Below, piece by piece: positions 28,005-36,980 of a DNA stretch of 38,427 nucleotides (position 1 is its first letter; each line of letters begins with the position of its first letter). The position numbers and the translations under genes were made by a program. Source of the DNA: an uncultured Bacilli bacterium (GTDB lineage Bacteria; Bacillota_I; Bacilli_A; RF39; UBA660); NCBI GenBank assembly GCA_947627835.1, contig CANQXM010000001.1:1-38427 (forward strand), read 5' to 3'. The notes under the pieces are model-generated. The model did no database searches. It saw nothing but the letters and a program-made list of their open reading frames with translations, and was not told the DNA's origin.

Positions 28005-28018
28005 TCAAGCAACCTTTT
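27992..28018. terminator. Bidirectional terminator hairpin between convergent genes
   Basis: Core stem GGTTGCT (27996-28002) / AGCAACC (28008-28014), loop AATCA, extended by A/T pairs, with TTTT downstream. Confidence 0.6.
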
Positions 28019-28024
28019 AAAATA

Positions 28025-28387
28025 CTAATCAAACGTATCAGAATAATCAGTATTATAATTTATCTTTTCTTCAAATTCGACATAATTTAAATAAATCATT
28101 CGAATTAAAAACCAATTGCCACTACTTGGATCACTTAAAATCAAATGATCCCGTCCTGCTTCCTCAATAATTCCATCATAAACTTTATCTCGCCATTCAT
28201 TCGAATCTGGATACGAAACATATGCCTTTACTTTTTTTCCTTTATTAAGACGTAAAATATTCTCAATCAAACTTTGCTCTAAGGAAAGCTGGGTTTGATA
28301 ACTAAGATTCCCAGGGGGAGTAATATTGTTATTAGTACTTCCAGTTAATCCCGGAAACGTTGGATTTTGATAAAAACTACCGTTCAA
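28025..28387 (-). CDS. gerQ: Spore coat protein GerQ-like
   Basis: 120 aa with a TTG start 6 nt after GAGGTGA. The core IENILRLNKGKKVKAYVSY.....W.DKVY.GIIEEAGRDHLILSDP.SG.W.L....YLNYVEF.E.INY matches the GerQ/YwdL family as I recall it. Confidence 0.65.
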   Translation of the reverse strand: MNGSFYQNPTFPGLTGSTNNNITPPGNLSYQTQLSLEQSLIENILRLNKGKKVKAYVSYPDSNEWRDKVYDGIIEEAGRDHLILSDPSSGNWFLIRMIYLNYVEFEEKINYNTDYSDTFD

Positions 28388-28483
28388 AATGATTCACCTC
28401 TTTAAAATATATACAGCATTCCCTTTTTTATGCAATTGATTTTAAAAAAAACGTACAGTATAATGAAAGAATAAGGTGATTAT

Positions 28484-29389
28484 ATGGACTTTATGGATAT
28501 CAAAAAAATCAGCGAGTTAGTAAATCGTAAAAATTTTCTAATTCGTTTCGTAGGTCTTTTACTTGGAGTCACCCTACTAGCATTAGTTTATAATTTATTT
28601 TTACTACCCAATCAATTAGTAACGGGAGGTACAAGTGGTCTTGCCATTATTTTTCATGAATTAACCGGATTAAATCCTCAAATATTTCTTTATGCTTCCA
28701 GTCTACTTCTTCTCTTAGTAAGTTACATTTTTTTAGGAAAATCAGAAACCATGACGACCTTTATTGGTAGTTTACTTTACCCAATGATGGTATCTGCAAC
28801 CGTTCCCTTAGCAGAATATCTAAAATTGTATTTAAACTTTGATAGTTTCTTAGTATTAGTACTCATCACCGGACTATTATATGGAGTAGCAAATGGCATT
28901 ATTTACAAAGCTGGATTCACCACCGGAGGTAGCGATATACTCATGAAAATTGTAAATAAATATGCTAGAGTTCCCGAAGGAAGAAGTATGCTATACATTA
29001 ATTCCATTATTATCTTAGTGGGTGCTTTTACATTTGGAATTAATAAAATGATTTACTCCATTATCATTGTTGTACTAAATAGCTTATTAATCGATCGAAT
29101 TCTAATTGGTATATCAAGTAGTAAACTTTTCTTTATCTATACGAAAGAAACCGAAGCCATTCGAGAATTTATTATCAAAGACTTCAAAAGTGGTGTTACC
29201 ATGCTAGATACCAAAGGGGGATACCGGGAAGAACATGGCTATCTTCTCATGTGTGTCGTTCCTACGCACGATTACTACTATTTTAAAGAATCCGTGTTAG
29301 CAATTGATAAAGATGCCTTTTTTGTAATTAACGATTGCTATGAAGTTCGTGGAGGAGTCAAAAGGACAAATTTACCATTTAATTCCTAA
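28484..29389 (+). CDS. YitT-family membrane protein (DUF2179), paralog 2
   Basis: 301 aa with RBS AAGGTGA. The architecture and motifs (TGGTSGLAI, FTTGGSDIL, C-terminal DUF2179) match 7968..8822 at roughly 35-40% identity by eye. Confidence 0.85.
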   Translation: MDFMDIKKISELVNRKNFLIRFVGLLLGVTLLALVYNLFLLPNQLVTGGTSGLAIIFHELTGLNPQIFLYASSLLLLLVSYIFLGKSETMTTFIGSLLYPMMVSATVPLAEYLKLYLNFDSFLVLVLITGLLYGVANGIIYKAGFTTGGSDILMKIVNKYARVPEGRSMLYINSIIILVGAFTFGINKMIYSIIIVVLNSLLIDRILIGISSSKLFFIYTKETEAIREFIIKDFKSGVTMLDTKGGYREEHGYLLMCVVPTHDYYYFKESVLAIDKDAFFVINDCYEVRGGVKRTNLPFNS

Positions 29390-29428
29390 GTGTTATTTGC
29401 TATAATGAAAATAGTACGAGGTGGTAAA

Positions 29429-30142
29429 ATGAAGCTCATTCAAGTAAGCAATTGCTATAAAGTATACAAAAATGGAACTACTGCAATTGCGGATTTAAAT
29501 GTAACCATCGATAAAGGAGAATTCGTCTTTGTAATTGGATCAACCGGAAGTGGAAAATCTACATTTATAAAAATGCTTTATCGAGAAGAAAAACCTACCA
29601 AAGGGGATGTCATCGTCGGAGGAATTAATGTAGCAAGACTTAGAAATTCCAAAGTATATAAATTGCGTCGGAAATTAGGAGTTGTTTTCCAAGATTTCAA
29701 ATTACTTCCGAAATTAACCGTTTATGAAAATGTTGCGTTTGCTCTAGAATCATTAGGAATGGAAGCCAAAGAAATTCGTCCGCGCGTTTTAAAAGCCATT
29801 GAAAATGTTGGTTTAAAAGAAAAAACAAGAAACTTTCCAAATCAACTATCAGGAGGAGAACAACAACGTGTTGCCATCGCAAGAGCCATCGTAAATAATC
29901 CAAAACTACTAATTTGTGATGAACCAACTGGAAACCTAGACCCAGACACTTCAAAAGAAATTATGAAAATCTTAGAAAAAATTAATCAAGAACTTGGAAC
30001 AACCATTATTATGGCAACCCACGATAAAGAGATTGTTAATCGCATGAAAAAAAGAGTAATTGTCTTTGAAAATGGCGTATTAGCAGCGGATCATTTGAAA
30101 GGAAGTTATAAAGCTCATGAAAGCATTAAGAATTCTAAGTAG
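29429..30142 (+). CDS. ftsE: Cell division ATP-binding protein FtsE
   Basis: The ATG at 29429 follows GAGGTGG. Walker [10 protein letters not shown], signature [14 protein letters not shown], Walker [13 protein letters not shown]. Followed by ftsX. Confidence 0.92.
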   Translation: MKLIQVSNCYKVYKNGTTAIADLNVTIDKGEFVFVIGSTGSGKSTFIKMLYREEKPTKGDVIVGGINVARLRNSKVYKLRRKLGVVFQDFKLLPKLTVYENVAFALESLGMEAKEIRPRVLKAIENVGLKEKTRNFPNQLSGGEQQRVAIARAIVNNPKLLICDEPTGNLDPDTSKEIMKILEKINQELGTTIIMATHDKEIVNRMKKRVIVFENGVLAADHLKGSYKAHESIKNSK

Positions 30143-31010
30143 AAGCATTCGAGATTCCATAAAAAGTGTTGGAAGAAACTTTAGCTTAAGCATTGCAGCA
30201 GTAACCTGTTCAACCATTACCTTAATTTTGGTAGCAGTTGCTTTTATCCTCTCCTATAATGTTCGAGAAATTACCAATAATCTAGAAAGAGAATTAACCG
30301 TAGTAGCATATATTAAACAAGATGCCACAGAAGAAAATAGAAAAAAGATTGAAACCGATTTAAATCGATTAGATATGATAGATAGCTACATTTTTAAAAG
30401 TAAAGAAGAATGGCTATTAGAAATGAAAGAAGAATCTGAAACATTAAGTACAACCCTAGATTACCTAGATAATAATCCCTTGTTAGATTCTTACGTAATC
30501 AAAGTAAAAAAAGTTGAAAACTTAAAAGAAATTACAGAAAAAATGCGAGAATACGAATGTGTTTCTTCTGCAGAATATGGAGAAGGAATGGTTGAAAACA
30601 TTGTAGGAGCCTTTGACATTATTAGTAAAGGAACTCTTGTCATTGTTATCGCTTTAATTTTAGTAACCGCTTTCTTAATTAGCAATACCATTAAATTAAC
30701 GATTTTCTCTAGAAAAAATGAAATTGAAATCATGCGTTTAGTAGGAGCTAGTAATATTGCAATCAAACTTCCATTTATCTTTGAAGGATTTATTCTTGGA
30801 ATCATTGGAAGTATTATCCCAGTAATTACAACAATCTATGGTTACAATTTACTATATGATCGCTTAGACGGTCATTTATACATGAATTTAATTACATTAG
30901 TAAAACCATTTAACTTTGTCTTCTACATTGCTCTAATTCTTCTAGCAATTGGTGCTGTTGTTGGAATGTTTGGTAGCTATCGTGCTGTAAGGAAGCATTT
31001 AAAAATATGA
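30117..31010 (+). CDS. ftsX: Cell division permease-like protein FtsX
   Basis: 297 aa. TM1, an extracellular domain and three C-terminal TM segments (FtsX fold). Overlaps ftsE by 26 nt. Confidence 0.9.
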   Translation: MKALRILSRSIRDSIKSVGRNFSLSIAAVTCSTITLILVAVAFILSYNVREITNNLERELTVVAYIKQDATEENRKKIETDLNRLDMIDSYIFKSKEEWLLEMKEESETLSTTLDYLDNNPLLDSYVIKVKKVENLKEITEKMREYECVSSAEYGEGMVENIVGAFDIISKGTLVIVIALILVTAFLISNTIKLTIFSRKNEIEIMRLVGASNIAIKLPFIFEGFILGIIGSIIPVITTIYGYNLLYDRLDGHLYMNLITLVKPFNFVFYIALILLAIGAVVGMFGSYRAVRKHLKI

Positions 31011-32197
31011 TGAAAAAAACTTTTTGTATTAGTTTAATACTTATAACCTTTATTTCTCTAATGCCACCGGTAAAAGCACTCGAAGATGCCGAAACATTAG
31101 GAGATTTAAGAAGAAACTATGAATCATTATTAGCAAAACAAAGAGAAAATGAAAACAAATCTGAAGCTACCAAAGCAGAAATTGCTAAAAAAGAACAAGA
31201 TATTCAAGATTCTCAAGAAGCCTTAACCCAAGCAGAAAAAGAAGAACAAGAAACGCAAGAAAAAATTGAAGCATCCAACAAACGAATCGAAGAATTAAGT
31301 AAGCAAGCCGAACAAGTATTGCTTTATATGCAACAAATGCAAGGTCAAAATGCTTATGTAACCTATATTAGTGGAGCAAGTAGTATGACCGATTTAATCA
31401 TGCGAATTGCAGCGGTTGAATATACGACAGATAGTATTCAAAAAACCATGGAAGATCTGGAAGCAGAAATTAAACAAAATGAACAATTAAAAATTGAATT
31501 GCAAGAAAAACAAGCAGCCTTAGAAGTACAAATTAAAAATTATCAGGAAGCCGTTAAAAGATTATATTCAAACTTAGAAGAATACGACCAATTTGCTCCA
31601 GATATTAAAAAACAAGTACAAAGTGCGAAAGATGAATACGATGCTTACTTAAAATTATGTCAAAATAAATTAGGAAGTACACAAGATAGTGTTCGTTTAG
31701 TAGATTGTACCAGTGTCCCTGTAAATGGTGGCTGGTTAAAACCTTTAAATAGTGGTGTAATAACAAGTTCGGTTGGTTCTCGTTGGGGATCCTTCCATAA
31801 CGGACTAGACATTGGTGGAAATCCCGAAGGAACCCCAGTTTATGCAGCAGCAGCAGGTCGTGTTTCTGGAAGAATCAACTACAGTAGTTGTGGAGGAAAC
31901 ATGGTCTTCATTCAAGTAACCGTTGGAGGAACAAGATACACAACATACTATTACCACTTACTAACAGTTAAAGTAAATGTGGGAGACATTGTTACACAAG
32001 ATACCATCATCGGTACAGTAGGTGGAGGATCGACTGCATCTTATGATAAATGTACATTTGGAGCTCATCTTCACTATGGAGTAGTTCCAGGGTGGTATAC
32101 CGTAGCTATTCCAAAAGCCGATGTTATGATTCCACCTCCAGGATTCCCAAATACCGAAGGTTGGAGATTCTATTCAAGAACAACTTGGTATGGATAG
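31007..32197 (+). CDS. Secreted coiled-coil M23 peptidoglycan hydrolase (FtsEX-associated, EnvC/PcsB-like architecture)
   Basis: 396 aa. Signal or TM segment, then ~200 aa of coiled coil, then an M23 domain: FHNGLDIGG..GTPVYAAAAG.V ... YYHL ... GAHLHYG. The start overlaps the ftsX stop. Confidence 0.85.
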   Translation: MMKKTFCISLILITFISLMPPVKALEDAETLGDLRRNYESLLAKQRENENKSEATKAEIAKKEQDIQDSQEALTQAEKEEQETQEKIEASNKRIEELSKQAEQVLLYMQQMQGQNAYVTYISGASSMTDLIMRIAAVEYTTDSIQKTMEDLEAEIKQNEQLKIELQEKQAALEVQIKNYQEAVKRLYSNLEEYDQFAPDIKKQVQSAKDEYDAYLKLCQNKLGSTQDSVRLVDCTSVPVNGGWLKPLNSGVITSSVGSRWGSFHNGLDIGGNPEGTPVYAAAAGRVSGRINYSSCGGNMVFIQVTVGGTRYTTYYYHLLTVKVNVGDIVTQDTIIGTVGGGSTASYDKCTFGAHLHYGVVPGWYTVAIPKADVMIPPPGFPNTEGWRFYSRTTWYG

Positions 32198-32218
32198 TAG
32201 ATTTTAAAAAATAAAAAT

Positions 32219-32245
32219 GTATATCAAATTAGATATACGTTTTTT
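32219..32245 (+). terminator. Rho-independent terminator after the ftsEX-M23 operon
   Basis: Stem GTATATC (32219-32225) / GATATAC (32232-32238), a 6-nt loop, followed by GTTTTTT. Confidence 0.6.
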
Positions 32246-32271
32246 ATTGAAAAGAAATCGTTTTTCAAAAG

Positions 32272-32300
32272 TTGATTTTTAAAAAAGCGTAATATATAAT
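32272..32300 (+). promoter_or_regulatory. Candidate sigma-A promoter for whiA
   Basis: TTGATT (32272-32277), a 17-bp spacer, then TATAAT (32295-32300). Confidence 0.4.
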
Positions 32301-32372
32301 CTCTAATAGAGGAAACCAAAGGTCGTTAAATATTTCTTGTACCATTAAATAAAGAGCAAGAGAGGTGATACC

Positions 32373-33305
32373 ATGACATTCTCTACACGTGTAAAAGAAG
32401 AAATAACAAAGCAAGAAATTGATCGTTACAGCGCTCAAAATGAATTATCAGCAATCATCCGTTATGATGCCAAAATATCGAGAAATCTAATTAGTATGAC
32501 ATTTGAAAATGCTGCCGTAGCAAGAAGAGTTTATAAAAATTTAAAAGAATGCTATAACGTCAATATAAACATTACCGTTCGTAACCAAAAGCGATTTCGT
32601 ATTAAACAAATTTACATCTTAGAAATCAAAGAAAAGGGGAAAGAAATCCTAGAATCTCTATCCATTATGGATAATAATAAAAAAATAGAAATGAAACTCG
32701 AATACCTAGAAGAATTAGAAGCCAAAATTGCCTATATTCGAGGATGCTTTCTCGTAACCGGTTCTATGAATGATCCAAGTACTAGTGGCTACCATTTAGA
32801 ATTTGTTTTTCAAACCAAAAAAGACGCTATATTTATGCAAAAATTACTACTAAGTTTAAACTTAGAAGCCAAAGTTTTAAAAAGAGCCAATCGCTATATG
32901 ACTTATATTAAAAGTGCCGAAATGATTAGTGATATCATTCGAGCCTTTGGAGCCATCAATTGCTTATTCTACTACGAAGACATTCGAATCTATCGGGATC
33001 ATAAAAACATGGTAAATCGATTAAATAACTGTGAAATTGCCAACCAGGAAAAAACCACAGAAACCGGATTAAAACAACTTGAAATTATTAAATATCTAAA
33101 AGAACACGATTTAACAAATTTATTAGATGAAAAAACCCAGATAGTTTTAAATTATCGTGAAAAATATCCCGAATCTTCCTATGCGGAATTAGCAGAAATC
33201 ATAACATTAGAAACCGATTATAGAATAGGAAAATCGGGAATAAATCATCATTTTATTAAAATGCGAAATTTAATGAATACCCATAAACAAAAAAACGACC
33301 TATAA
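32373..33305 (+). CDS. whiA: DNA-binding sporulation/cell-division regulator WhiA
   Basis: 310 aa with RBS AGAGAGGTGA. MTFSTRVKEEI start, a LAGLIDADG-like middle domain (IRGCFLVTGSMNDP) and a C-terminal HTH. Confidence 0.9.
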   Translation: MTFSTRVKEEITKQEIDRYSAQNELSAIIRYDAKISRNLISMTFENAAVARRVYKNLKECYNVNINITVRNQKRFRIKQIYILEIKEKGKEILESLSIMDNNKKIEMKLEYLEELEAKIAYIRGCFLVTGSMNDPSTSGYHLEFVFQTKKDAIFMQKLLLSLNLEAKVLKRANRYMTYIKSAEMISDIIRAFGAINCLFYYEDIRIYRDHKNMVNRLNNCEIANQEKTTETGLKQLEIIKYLKEHDLTNLLDEKTQIVLNYREKYPESSYAELAEIITLETDYRIGKSGINHHFIKMRNLMNTHKQKNDL

Positions 33306-33869
33306 AATCACATCAATCAGGCCGTATTTTTTTGCTTCTTCACTTGACATAAAATAATCTCTTTCTGTATCTTTATCAATACATTTTATAGATTTCCCAG
33401 TTTGCTTCGCAAGTATTTGATTCAGTTTTTTTCGCAAATTTAAAATTCGATCACAGGCAATTTTCATCTCGGTTGCTTGTCCGTTAACACCACCAAGTGG
33501 CTGATGAATCATAATTTCACTATTTGGGAGTGCAGAACGTAACCCCATACTTCCACAAGCCAGTAAAAAGGCAGCCATGCTAGCAGCAATTCCAATAACG
33601 ACCGTTCGAACCGGACTTTTAATAAAATTCATCGTATCATAAATAGCAAATCCCGCAGTTACACTTCCGCCTGGACTATTGATATAAAGACAAATTTCTT
33701 CATGATTTAAAGAATCCAAATAAAGAAGTTCAGATACCACTAAATTTGCAGTACTATCTGTAATTTCTCCAGAAAGAAAAACAATTCGATCTTTAAGCAT
33801 TCTAGAATACAAATCATACGCATACTCACGATTATTACTTTTCTCTAATATAGTAGGAACAATATTCAT
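33300..33869 (-). CDS. clpP: ATP-dependent Clp protease proteolytic subunit
   Basis: The ATG at 33869 follows AGGTGA. VPTILE....RE.AYDLYSRMLKDRIVFL, catalytic Ser (GIAASMAA), His (MIHQP) and Asp (DTERD) are present. Its 3' end overlaps the whiA 3' end by 6 nt. Confidence 0.95.
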   Translation of the reverse strand: MNIVPTILEKSNNREYAYDLYSRMLKDRIVFLSGEITDSTANLVVSELLYLDSLNHEEICLYINSPGGSVTAGFAIYDTMNFIKSPVRTVVIGIAASMAAFLLACGSMGLRSALPNSEIMIHQPLGGVNGQATEMKIACDRILNLRKKLNQILAKQTGKSIKCIDKDTERDYFMSSEEAKKYGLIDVIL

Positions 33870-34046
33870 ATTTTCACCTATCCTTATCATATAAAAAGAA
33901 TACATTTTTATACAAAAAAACTTTGACGAAAAAAGGCATTTGCTAAAGATATAACGATAGGAATACCATTTTCACATAAATAAAAATATAGTATAATGAT
34001 TTCATAAAAATACCGAAGCCAAAAAAGTAGTAGAAAGAAGGAAAAT

Positions 34047-35246
34047 ATGTCATTCAAAGATTTGAAGTGGTTAGTAAATAGAAGAATAATAAATAAAAAG
34101 AATATCATCTTTATAATTGTTTTTACAATTTTGATTACAATCATGTTTTTATGCCTTACACTTGTTTTCTATAACATAGATACAAAATACAAATTTCCCA
34201 AAGAAGATGATAATAGCCGTATCTTAATAGCATATGGAGATAGCTCAAGATATGAAGATTTAAAAAATATAAATCATGTCTTAGAAGTAGAAAGCACTAG
34301 ATATCTTAACGTCATCCTTGCACCAGCAACAGAATTTAAAAAAGATGATATGGATACAATCATATGGGTACACACTTATTTTCAAGATTTAAACTATAAA
34401 ATAAAAAATGGAAGAAACATTGAAAATCAATGGGAAGTAATTTGCCCGGATTCTTTTTATCCATATAGTAGTTCTATTGGAAATGAAACCAATAAAATAA
34501 AACCTTCATTATTTTTAAAAGGAACAGAGATTATTGGCAAAACATTTAAAGTAACATCGAAAAATGAAGACCACTTAAATCAAGAATACACATTTACTAT
34601 TGTCGGAACATATGATGCGAAAAAAACTACCAATGAAGTAAACTCTTGCTACACATCCAAAGAAAGTATGGACTATCTATTAAGTAAATATAAAGGATAT
34701 GGCACCAATACTTATTCAGATGGGACAACTTATGAAATTCGTGATGAATTTGATGATGTAATGGTTCGAGTAGATAAATATGAAAACGTTGAAGAAGTTG
34801 CCAAAGCCATTGATGAAAAAGGATTCAATGTTCAACGTGCATTATATGTTAATGAGAATCAAATAGATCTTTCTATAAGTCAAACCGTTTTAGTATTCAT
34901 TATTTTAATATTAATATGTGTAAATATCATCTATAACTTTATATTGAAAAAAAGAAAGTATAATGAAAATTATAATGAATTATTAAAGAGTTGTGGTTAT
35001 AACAAAGAAGAAATATATAATATAGAATTATTGGAAAATTTAGAATTAGTAACCATCAGTATTATAATCTCGTTAATTCTCTATTTTATAATTTACTTCA
35101 TCATGACAAAATTTGTATTAATGTATGCACTTTATAATAATCTTAGAATTGATATTCCATACTTTGGACTTCTAATAAACATCATCCTAATTTACAATTC
35201 CGCTGCAGTCTGTAGTTTTTCCATTTCAAACAAAAGTAAAAAATGA
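34047..35246 (+). CDS. ABC transporter permease, FtsX/MacB-type (TM1, ~230-aa extracytoplasmic domain, 3 TM)
   Basis: 399 aa with RBS GAAGGAAAA. The hydrophobicity pattern is 1+3 TM with a large loop. It sits next to a MacB/LolD-type ATPase. Confidence 0.72.
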   Translation: MSFKDLKWLVNRRIINKKNIIFIIVFTILITIMFLCLTLVFYNIDTKYKFPKEDDNSRILIAYGDSSRYEDLKNINHVLEVESTRYLNVILAPATEFKKDDMDTIIWVHTYFQDLNYKIKNGRNIENQWEVICPDSFYPYSSSIGNETNKIKPSLFLKGTEIIGKTFKVTSKNEDHLNQEYTFTIVGTYDAKKTTNEVNSCYTSKESMDYLLSKYKGYGTNTYSDGTTYEIRDEFDDVMVRVDKYENVEEVAKAIDEKGFNVQRALYVNENQIDLSISQTVLVFIILILICVNIIYNFILKKRKYNENYNELLKSCGYNKEEIYNIELLENLELVTISIIISLILYFIIYFIMTKFVLMYALYNNLRIDIPYFGLLINIILIYNSAAVCSFSISNKSKK

Positions 35247-35272
35247 AGATAAAAAAATAGAAAGGTAAATAT

Positions 35273-35935
35273 ATGAATATAGAAAATATTGAAAAAATAT
35301 ATCAAACAACGAAAGAAAAAGTAGTGGCACTAAGTGAAGTAACATATGAATTTAAAAAGGGAAAATTTTATGCCATCATGGGTCATAGTGGATCTGGAAA
35401 AAGTACCCTATTAAGTATTTTAGGATGTTTAGAAACAAATTACACAGGGTCTTATAAAATAGAGGGAAAAGATGTTTCAAAATTAAACGATGAAGAATTA
35501 TCAAAAATTAGAATGAAAAAAATTGGCTTTGTCTTTCAAGATTATTTCCTAGATGAGCATCTGAAAGCATACGAAAATGTCATGTTACCTATGTTAATCA
35601 ATTCTGAAATCAAAAAAGAAGAACGCCAAGAAAAAGCAATGAACTTAATCAAAAAGATGGGCCTAGAAGAACGAATGAATCATTACCCAAAAGCATTATC
35701 AGGTGGAGAACAGCAAAGAATATGCTTAGCAAGAGCATTAGCAAATAATCCCGATTATATCTTAGCAGATGAACCAACTGGAAACTTAGATGAAGTAAAT
35801 GAAGAAAAAGTATTTACAGAATTAAAAAAGTTATGTAAAGAAGGAAAGTGTGTTATTGCAGTTTCTCATAGTAATGAAATAAAAAAATATGCAGATGAGA
35901 TTATAACTTTAAAAGGTGGAAAAATAGTGAAGTAG
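35273..35935 (+). CDS. ABC transporter ATP-binding protein (MacB/LolD-like)
   Basis: 220 aa. Walker A GHSGSGKSTL, signature [14 protein letters not shown], Walker [13 protein letters not shown]-loop SHS. Confidence 0.92.
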   Translation: MNIENIEKIYQTTKEKVVALSEVTYEFKKGKFYAIMGHSGSGKSTLLSILGCLETNYTGSYKIEGKDVSKLNDEELSKIRMKKIGFVFQDYFLDEHLKAYENVMLPMLINSEIKKEERQEKAMNLIKKMGLEERMNHYPKALSGGEQQRICLARALANNPDYILADEPTGNLDEVNEEKVFTELKKLCKEGKCVIAVSHSNEIKKYADEIITLKGGKIVK

Positions 35936-36000
35936 TAAGAAAAGGCATTTTTAACAAGTGGTTGAATGTTTGAAATAACAACCTTTTTAGGAGAATGATT

Positions 36001-36810
36001 ATGTTAACAATAAAAAGTTTTTTGAGAAAGAAAACAACCAAAATTTATATTGTAATTCTTTGCTCCATCATGAGTGCACTTTTTATTTTATGGGTAAGTC
36101 AAAAGCACTATATGAATTTAGTAAATGAAAAATATGCAGGATCTTTTATCGCATTAACCATCGAACAAAATGAAGAATTGAAAGATCAAAACATTCTGGA
36201 TATCCATCGAGCTATTTTAATAAGCCAAGATACTTATATCGTAGAGGATTCAAATTTGTGCGATCATTGCATAGTCGTTTCCGAAGAAATGGCCGAATAT
36301 GTAAATCAAACAATCCCATTAAAAGTAGGAGATAAAACCATAAATGCCGATGTCATAAAAACATATAAAAAACAAAAACTTTTTAATGGAATACTAATTA
36401 GTTCAAAACTATATCAAGAGTTAAACGAAGGTACTAAGGAAAATACTTATTTATTCAATTTAAAATATTGGTCGAAATGGCAACAAATAACAAAAAAATT
36501 AGAAAACAAATATCATAAAGAAACAATGGTTTATTTAAATCAAAATAATCAACCAAGTTATGAAGATAAAATAAAAATAATTACCACATTCATGAATTGC
36601 TTAATAGCACTTTGGGTTCTTGTTTTTGCTGTTATTCTAGTAAACATTGCAAGTGATGAAAAGAAAATCCATAAGTTATACACCTACCTAGGTTATTCAA
36701 AAAGAAAAATCAAACAAATTCTTATTGCCAAATACATGATTTTATTAATTATTGCCGCTACAATAATGGGAATCATTTATTTCATAATCAATAATCTGCC
36801 AATTAAGTAA
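36001..36810 (+). CDS. FtsX-like permease-related membrane protein, apparently lacking the last TM segment (possibly 3'-truncated)
   Basis: The ATG at 36001 lies 7 nt after AGGAGA; the ATG at 35995 is too close to the RBS. TM1, a ~150-aa loop, TM2 and TM3 are followed by a stop right at the GC-rich repeat. The paralogous 399-aa permease has one more TM. Confidence 0.5.
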   Translation: MLTIKSFLRKKTTKIYIVILCSIMSALFILWVSQKHYMNLVNEKYAGSFIALTIEQNEELKDQNILDIHRAILISQDTYIVEDSNLCDHCIVVSEEMAEYVNQTIPLKVGDKTINADVIKTYKKQKLFNGILISSKLYQELNEGTKENTYLFNLKYWSKWQQITKKLENKYHKETMVYLNQNNQPSYEDKIKIITTFMNCLIALWVLVFAVILVNIASDEKKIHKLYTYLGYSKRKIKQILIAKYMILLIIAATIMGIIYFIINNLPIK

Positions 36811-36828
36811 AACCGGTTTCACACAGAT

Positions 36829-36872
36829 AACCGACCGGACTAAACCGGCCAACCGACCGGACAAGACCGGCC
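36829..36872. repeat. GC-rich 22-bp tandem direct repeat x2 (iteron-like)
   Basis: AACCGACCGGACTAAACCGGCC (36829-36850) and AACCGACCGGACAAGACCGGCC (36851-36872) are 20/22 identical. They are flanked by the palindrome AACCGGTT (36811-36818) and a further AAGACCGG at 36893-36900. Confidence 0.9.
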
Positions 36873-36980
36873 GGAATGCTAAAATTTGCAAAAAGACCGG
36901 ATATATGAAATAAGAATTAAAGATATTTCGACAAAAATATAAATAAATTATAGTATAATAAGCTCTATTGGAGGGATACC

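Noticed and set aside
33908-34144. 78-aa minus-strand ORF in the clpP/permease intergenic region
   Set aside because: It overlaps the permease start and promoter region, is a hydrophobic AT-rich artefact, and has no RBS.
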